Assembly: GCA_016288295.1 (NCBI GenBank)
Contig: JAEEYV010000046.1
Span: forward strand, 688 to 64,687
Direction: 5' to 3'
DNA: 64,000 bases
Source of the DNA: Alphaproteobacteria bacterium
GTDB taxonomy: Bacteria; Pseudomonadota; Alphaproteobacteria; RF32; CAG-239
Notes under the pieces: generated by a model
What the model saw: the letters and a program-made list of their open reading frames with translations, nothing else
Database searches by the model: none
What the model was told of the DNA's origin: nothing
Translations under genes and position numbers: made by a program
Shown here: positions 59,001 through 64,000 of the stretch, piece after piece
How the letters are laid out: every line of letters starts with the position of its first letter
How positions within the stretch are numbered: the stretch's first letter is position 1

Positions 59001-59432
59001 ATGAATAAACAATTTAATGCAATTATGAGCCTTAGTGATGAAGAAAAAATCGCATATTTGTGTGCTTTTACACGTTTGGCCAAAACAGATGGACGGTTTG
59101 ATGATATTGAAAAACAATATATTCAATCCATCGCCAAACAATATGATGTTCCCTCGACCAGGATTGAGGAAATTTTCGAAGAACACAGTGATGATGAAAT
59201 CTTAAAAAATCTGTCAAAGATAAAAAATCGCCGTGTAGCTCTTGAGTTGATTAAAGATCTTTGTTTTTTGGCTCACGTTGATGATGAGTTGAGCGATGAA
59301 GAAACATTGTTTATCGGTCGTGTCGGACAAGCAATGAATGTAGAACTTGAAAAAATCGAACAAATCAGTAGTTGGGTAATCGAAAGAATTATTTCTGAAG
59401 AAGAGGCAAAACTTATTTTTGATGAAATCTAA
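59001..59432 (+). CDS. TerB-like (DjlA N-terminal-like) domain protein
   Basis: Two helical repeats with conserved acidic positions (..TDGRFDDIEKQYI.., ..HVDDELSDEE..). Confidence 0.45.
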   Translation: MNKQFNAIMSLSDEEKIAYLCAFTRLAKTDGRFDDIEKQYIQSIAKQYDVPSTRIEEIFEEHSDDEILKNLSKIKNRRVALELIKDLCFLAHVDDELSDEETLFIGRVGQAMNVELEKIEQISSWVIERIISEEEAKLIFDEI

Positions 59433-59455
59433 TACCGGATACAAGGAGTAGGGTA

Positions 59456-60532
59456 ATGGAAAACAATATTTCAGAAGAAGCATTGGCAACAAGACAACGA
59501 GCAAAGCTTACCCGTCTGCGTTTAATTCAGCAGAGCAAGCAGTTACGCCCGCAAAGTGTTGTCAGCCCCCACATTATTGTGTCTCAGGCAGTAAAAAGGT
59601 CTTATCCGAATATTTCGTATGAAGAAGCTCAAAAAGTAACTCGTTCATTGGTTACTACCCCTCCGAATGAAAAAGTAAAAGTTGGAGACAAAGAAGTTAA
59701 AATCGAGGATTTGCAGTTTAAAGTTGCAGAGTCGATTGAAGTACTTAACTCTGAAACTAACTCTGTACAAGAATATTTCAGCTGGTTTGAAGATTGTGCC
59801 AAAATAATACGTAATATGAATGATGGATACATCACCGATTCGGATTTGATGGAACGTAATGAATGGTTAGACGATTCGTATACCCGTGAAGCAGAACTTA
59901 TGGTTTGCTTGGGATTGTACCGCAACAGCTCGTTTCCTGAAGCTCAGCAAAAGTATAATCAGATATATAACAAACTGGTTAAACTCCGCCAACTGCGTAA
60001 TGCTATAAAAGAATGTACAGGTAATGCCAGTGATGAAACCAGAGAACGCATTGAACATGACATTTATGTTGTAGATCCCCAAACAGCTATTCAATACTTA
60101 AGAGTGATACAGCTTTTTCAACAACATCAGCAATATTGGAACATGTCAAAGGCTCAGTTACGCAAAATGCATATGTTTCGTGGTTATGATGATGATCTTG
60201 ATGGAGAATATGATTATTTTTATGGTCAATATGAACCAGACTACAATCCTAACGTTATTCCCACCAGAGAAAAATACTCATTTATGAGCAGACTGAGAGA
60301 GCTTATTCTGTCTGGTCTAGATGAAGATTACAGCTCTTCAAGAAGCTATGGTGAGCACTTGAGAGAAATTTTCGAGAGCATAAATTCTGGTCACGAAAGT
60401 GGTAGCGAACTCCAAGAACGGATTGCATCCTTGAAAGAACGTCGTCATAATCCGGCAAATGGTACTGAAAGACGTATTAAGTCATTTTTAGCATCGCGCT
60501 TTAGAGAACTTTCGAACAATCTTCCTAAATAG
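59456..60532 (+). CDS. hypothetical protein (358 aa)
   Basis: RBS aaggagtagggtaatgg; 24-nt gap after the TerB-like gene (likely co-transcribed). Confidence 0.5.
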   Translation: MENNISEEALATRQRAKLTRLRLIQQSKQLRPQSVVSPHIIVSQAVKRSYPNISYEEAQKVTRSLVTTPPNEKVKVGDKEVKIEDLQFKVAESIEVLNSETNSVQEYFSWFEDCAKIIRNMNDGYITDSDLMERNEWLDDSYTREAELMVCLGLYRNSSFPEAQQKYNQIYNKLVKLRQLRNAIKECTGNASDETRERIEHDIYVVDPQTAIQYLRVIQLFQQHQQYWNMSKAQLRKMHMFRGYDDDLDGEYDYFYGQYEPDYNPNVIPTREKYSFMSRLRELILSGLDEDYSSSRSYGEHLREIFESINSGHESGSELQERIASLKERRHNPANGTERRIKSFLASRFRELSNNLPK

Positions 60533-60626
60533 CTGTAAAAAGTGAATATAAATAACTGGACAATTAAAAAAAAATAGATAATAATTTATGCAGATTTGTA
60601 ATTAAACATTCGCAAAGGAGTTTCAA

Positions 60627-60896
60627 ATGGGTTTAGTTGGATTAATTTTTATTATTTACGCATTAATCGTTTTGTTTGACATCATTGTTGAGTTGCTTAA
60701 GACTTGCAATGTTGTTGACTTATCTAAGAATGATGGCACAAAGAAAGCCGTTGAGCTTTGCAACAAACTCACAGCTCCTGTATACGCCAAGGTTTCCGAA
60801 GTGCTTCCCGAAAAATGGCGCAAACTTGGTGAATTTGAGACAGCTCCGTTATTGATCTTCATTGTTCTGTCAATTCTTGGTCAGATGATGCTGTAA
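60627..60896 (+). CDS. YggT family membrane protein
   Basis: ~90 aa, 2 TM; followed by GC hairpin terminator 60912-60941. Confidence 0.5.
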   Translation: MGLVGLIFIIYALIVLFDIIVELLKTCNVVDLSKNDGTKKAVELCNKLTAPVYAKVSEVLPEKWRKLGEFETAPLLIFIVLSILGQMML

Positions 60897-60945
60897 TTTG
60901 CACTACAGAATAAGGGCGGCGGTTTTTTACCGCCGTTTTTTGTTA

Positions 60946-61254
60946 ATGATTTTTAATATTAATGCCTCTGACATTACCTTGTTTGTAAAAATAACCCCCA
61001 ATGCTTCTGAAAGAGGTATAAAAGGCGTTGTAACCTCCGCCGATGGGATAGATTTTTTACGCATAAGTATCATCAGCGTTCCCGAAAAAGGTAAGGCCAA
61101 TAAAGAACTGATAAAATTTTTGAGCAAAGAACTTGACGTAACTAAAAGTGATATTGAAATTATCAGCGGTGAAACTAATCATTTTAAAAAGCTTCAGATT
61201 AAAAATATATCACCACATATAATCAAAAAATTGCAAGAGTGGAGTACATTATGA
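60946..61254 (+). CDS. DUF167 (YggU) family protein
   Basis: VKITPNASE...ISVPEKGKANKELIKFL motif; the upstream part of the track ORF is the terminator hairpin. Confidence 0.65.
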   Translation: MIFNINASDITLFVKITPNASERGIKGVVTSADGIDFLRISIISVPEKGKANKELIKFLSKELDVTKSDIEIISGETNHFKKLQIKNISPHIIKKLQEWSTL

Positions 61255-62105
61255 CGGCACAAATAATTGATGGAAAAATTATGGCGCAAAATTTGCGTGA
61301 TGAGTTGGCACAAAAGGTTGCCCATTTGCCGACATCTCCATATTTGGCGGTTGTTCTGGTTGGCAACGACGAGGCCAGTATTATTTATGACCGCAACAAA
61401 CAAAAAGCAGCCGAAGCAATAGGGATGAAATGTAAAATCCACCATTTGCCTGAAGAAACTACACAAAACGATCTTTTACAACTTATTGATAACCTGAATC
61501 ATGATGTATTGGTCAATGGTATCATTGTTCAGATGCCCCTTCCAAAGCATCTTAATTCCAATGAGATTGTTGAAAGTATTGATCACGCTAAAGATGTTGA
61601 CGGATTCGGAATTTACAATTTAGGATTGTTGCATGCTAACGATTCTTCGGCCATGGTTGCGGCTACTCCCCAAGGTGTATTATATATGTTGCAACACACA
61701 CTTGGTAACCTTACAGGCAAGCACGCTGTAATAATCGGTCGTTCCAACATTGTCGGTCGTCCGTTGGCTTCGTTGTTACTAAACAATCATTGCACAGTTA
61801 CAATCGCTCACAGCAAAACAGTTGATCTTCCTTCCATTGTTTCCAAGGCTGATATTGTGGTTGCCGCCTGTGGTGTAGCAAAGATGGTTAAAAAAGAATG
61901 GATAAAAGAAGGTGCAACAGTAATTGATGTAGGTATTAATCGTGTTGACGGCAAAATTTGTGGTGATGTCGATTTTGATAATGTAAAAGAGGTCGCATCA
62001 TATATTACGCCAGTTCCGGGCGGAGTAGGGCCTATGACGGTTACAATGCTCTTAAACAATACTTTACGTGCTTACCTAAACCAAAATAGCAGTTTGAAAA
62101 AATAA
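61251..62105 (+). CDS. folD: bifunctional methylenetetrahydrofolate dehydrogenase/cyclohydrolase
   Basis: AQIIDGK start, GRSNIVGRP, PVPGGVGPMT motifs. Confidence 0.95.
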   Translation: MTAQIIDGKIMAQNLRDELAQKVAHLPTSPYLAVVLVGNDEASIIYDRNKQKAAEAIGMKCKIHHLPEETTQNDLLQLIDNLNHDVLVNGIIVQMPLPKHLNSNEIVESIDHAKDVDGFGIYNLGLLHANDSSAMVAATPQGVLYMLQHTLGNLTGKHAVIIGRSNIVGRPLASLLLNNHCTVTIAHSKTVDLPSIVSKADIVVAACGVAKMVKKEWIKEGATVIDVGINRVDGKICGDVDFDNVKEVASYITPVPGGVGPMTVTMLLNNTLRAYLNQNSSLKK

Positions 62106-62155
62106 AATCATTAATTACATCAAAATTCTATCGGCACTTATCAGGGGATATTGCT

Positions 62156-62764
62156 ATGAGTAGAGTTTTTATAATTGATGATAAACATGCTGACCTTAAT
62201 ATTTTTCATAACGCACTTGAAAATGTTGAAACTGACGTTTTTTTTACTGAAAACGCCTATAAGTTTGTGCGCTATGCGCAAGAACTTTCACCTGATTTAT
62301 ATATTGTCAATACCAATATGAAAAACACTAACAGTCGTGCGGTTATTGAATATTTGATCAGTCAGAAGTTAACTGCAAAAGCGCCTCTGGTTGCAATTTC
62401 AGATAATCCGCAGACCATAACATATGACGGTATTTCTCACTATCTTAAAAGCGAGGAAATTTCAAGGATTTTGCCGGAACTTGTACGCAGTTATTGCGAG
62501 GGAGGACGACATTATGATGTTTTACTAGTTGAAAAAGACTTGTCGTCACCTCTTTCTATTACAGACAATAACAACCTATCATGTTTTAAGGTTAACGATT
62601 CCCGAGGAGCTCAAATTTTTCTTGGTAAGAATCATACTAAAGTGGTGGCAATCCATTGTTGTCCGACACAATATAAAATACTCAAGCGACAGCTCAAGAA
62701 TGACAATGCTATATATATTGAAAATGTTGTATATCTCAATAAATTAGTTTCTTTTATCAAATAA
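62156..62764 (+). CDS. orphan receiver(REC)-like domain protein
   Basis: VFIIDDKHADLN...LYIVNTNM resembles a CheY-like beta1/beta3 pattern; no output domain. Confidence 0.35.
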   Translation: MSRVFIIDDKHADLNIFHNALENVETDVFFTENAYKFVRYAQELSPDLYIVNTNMKNTNSRAVIEYLISQKLTAKAPLVAISDNPQTITYDGISHYLKSEEISRILPELVRSYCEGGRHYDVLLVEKDLSSPLSITDNNNLSCFKVNDSRGAQIFLGKNHTKVVAIHCCPTQYKILKRQLKNDNAIYIENVVYLNKLVSFIK

Positions 62765-62802
62765 TATATTACAATCTCCCTAAATTTTATTGAGAGCTGT
62801 TA

Positions 62803-63381
62803 ATGACTAAAAAGATATATCAATGGATGGTAGATTCTGCCGCTAAAAAAAACGCCTTGTGGATATTGGCGGCAATTTCTTTTATTGAAAGTTCTTTTTT
62901 CCCCATTCCCCCGGATATTATGTTGATTCCCATGGTAATTGCTGCTCCTAACAAAGCTTGGAAAATAGCTTTTGTTGCTACACTTGCCAGTGTTATTGGT
63001 GGTTACTTTGGCTATGCAATCGGTTTTTGGGGCTATGATTTGATAGCCAAACCATTATTGGAATTTTACGGTTATGTTGATAAATTTGACATATTTAAGC
63101 AATATTATAATGAATATGGAGCTTGGATAGTGTTTGCTGCCGGAATAACACCTTTCCCGTACAAAGTTATAACTATCGCCAGTGGCGCAGTTGGCTTAAA
63201 CCTTATGGTGTTTGGCATAGCCTCGGTATTTGCACGTGGGTTACGCTTTTTTATAATTGCCGGATTGTTATATTATTTTGGAGCGCCCATAAAAAACTTT
63301 ATAGAAAAACATTTTGGTCTTCTATCAATCCTGTTTTTAATATTGCTTATCGGCGGGTTTGTTTTGCTAAAATATTTATAG
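62803..63381 (+). CDS. YqaA/DedA-family membrane protein
   Basis: SSFFPIPPDIMLIPM motif. Confidence 0.65.
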   Translation: MTKKIYQWMVDSAAKKNALWILAAISFIESSFFPIPPDIMLIPMVIAAPNKAWKIAFVATLASVIGGYFGYAIGFWGYDLIAKPLLEFYGYVDKFDIFKQYYNEYGAWIVFAAGITPFPYKVITIASGAVGLNLMVFGIASVFARGLRFFIIAGLLYYFGAPIKNFIEKHFGLLSILFLILLIGGFVLLKYL

Positions 63382-63384
63382 AAA

Positions 63385-63606
63385 CTAGTCCTTATGGCGA
63401 AAAGTTATACGCCCTTTTGTCAGGTCATAAGGTGTCATCTCAATATCAACTTTGTCGCCGACCATAACTCTGATGCGGAATTTGCGCATCTTTCCTGCGG
63501 TCATTGCCAAGATTTCAACGCCGTTTTCTAATTTTACTCTAAACATAGCGTTAGGAAGCTTTTCAATAACTTCTCCGGTCAGCTCTAACAGTTCTTCTTT
63601 CATCAA
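63385..63606 (-). CDS. infA: translation initiation factor IF-1
   Basis: S1-like fold sequence typical of IF-1. Confidence 0.95.
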   Translation of the reverse strand: MMKEELLELTGEVIEKLPNAMFRVKLENGVEILAMTAGKMRKFRIRVMVGDKVDIEMTPYDLTKGRITFRHKD

Positions 63607-63760
63607 TTTTCCTTAAAATTTTGGTACCATTGCCATAGTGTATAATACTTAAAATTTATTTTGGCAAATTATTTCTTTTAATTATTGCGCAAAAATATGT
63701 ATGTGTTAGCCAATATTTAACCAACAACATGTAAAATATGTCCCATATAGGAGAGTTATT

Positions 63761-63985
63761 ATGTCAGATACATTTTGGTTTTCATCATCGCAAAAACACG
63801 ATTTTAATTCTTTTTTGGAACTTAATTGCGCACCTATAGTTTTTATAAAACCAGCAAAAGTTTCAAATAGTGATGTTTGGCGACTTTATTCTGCCGATGG
63901 TAAAGAATTGGCCGTCGCTGACAGCCGTGATATGGCTTTTATTTTAGCTCGCCAAAATAACTTTATACCATATAGTGTGCATTAA
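63761..63985 (+). CDS. small hypothetical protein (74 aa; DUF1150-like?)
   Basis: ORF with RBS aggagag. Confidence 0.35.
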   Translation: MSDTFWFSSSQKHDFNSFLELNCAPIVFIKPAKVSNSDVWRLYSADGKELAVADSRDMAFILARQNNFIPYSVH

Positions 63986-64000
63986 TCATAAATGCTGTTC

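Noticed and set aside
1-64000. Integrase/recombinase or transposase genes near the tRNAs or the phage-like cluster
   Set aside because: No ORF shows tyrosine-recombinase (R..H..R..Y) or serine-recombinase signatures, or transposase DDE motifs. Their absence is itself noted in the findings.

Overview
This 64 kb window is an AT-rich bacterial chromosome segment. The gene order (lpxK-waaA-DUF374 acyltransferase, yebC / rnd / aspS, ruvA-ruvB-ybgC-tolQ-tolR-tolA, trmB-metK, lnt-corC-ybeY-phoH-miaB, yggT-yggU-folD, infA) and an AspS N-terminus matching the alphaproteobacterial pattern (..[10 protein letters not shown]) suggest a host-associated alphaproteobacterium, possibly Rhizobiales-like. I cannot verify taxonomy without a search. 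Interleaved with this housekeeping backbone are several accessory regions:

1. 3.4-8.9 kb: a tRNA-Thr-anchored AT-rich island. It has a 17-bp direct repeat of the tRNA 3' end, tandem ~140-bp repeats, and five ORFs with no recognisable family, including a 611-aa protein driven by its own sigma70-like promoter.
2. 27.8-42.3 kb: a compact ~14.5 kb phage-like cluster. It carries a cI/LexA-type repressor, TerS, TerL, a GroES-like protein, portal, scaffold, capsid, tail proteins, a GNAT moron, an S74-chaperone tail fibre, holin, SleB endolysin and embedded spanins. It has no integrase and no replication genes, which fits a cryptic podovirus-like prophage or a gene-transfer-agent-like element.
3. 46.5-49.0 kb: a tRNA-Lys-associated module with a duplicated hairpin-RBS cassette and a stand-alone phage tail-collar-domain protein.
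4. A family of GC-rich, T-arm-like degenerate repeats sits immediately 3' of all three tRNA genes.

Other oddities: the tol operon ends after tolA with two novel membrane genes instead of tolB-pal; there is an orphan PilT/VirB11-like ATPase, a secreted GH24 lysozyme-like protein with a polybasic tail, and a TerB-like two-gene pair. I saw no rRNA, CRISPR array, integrase or transposase.
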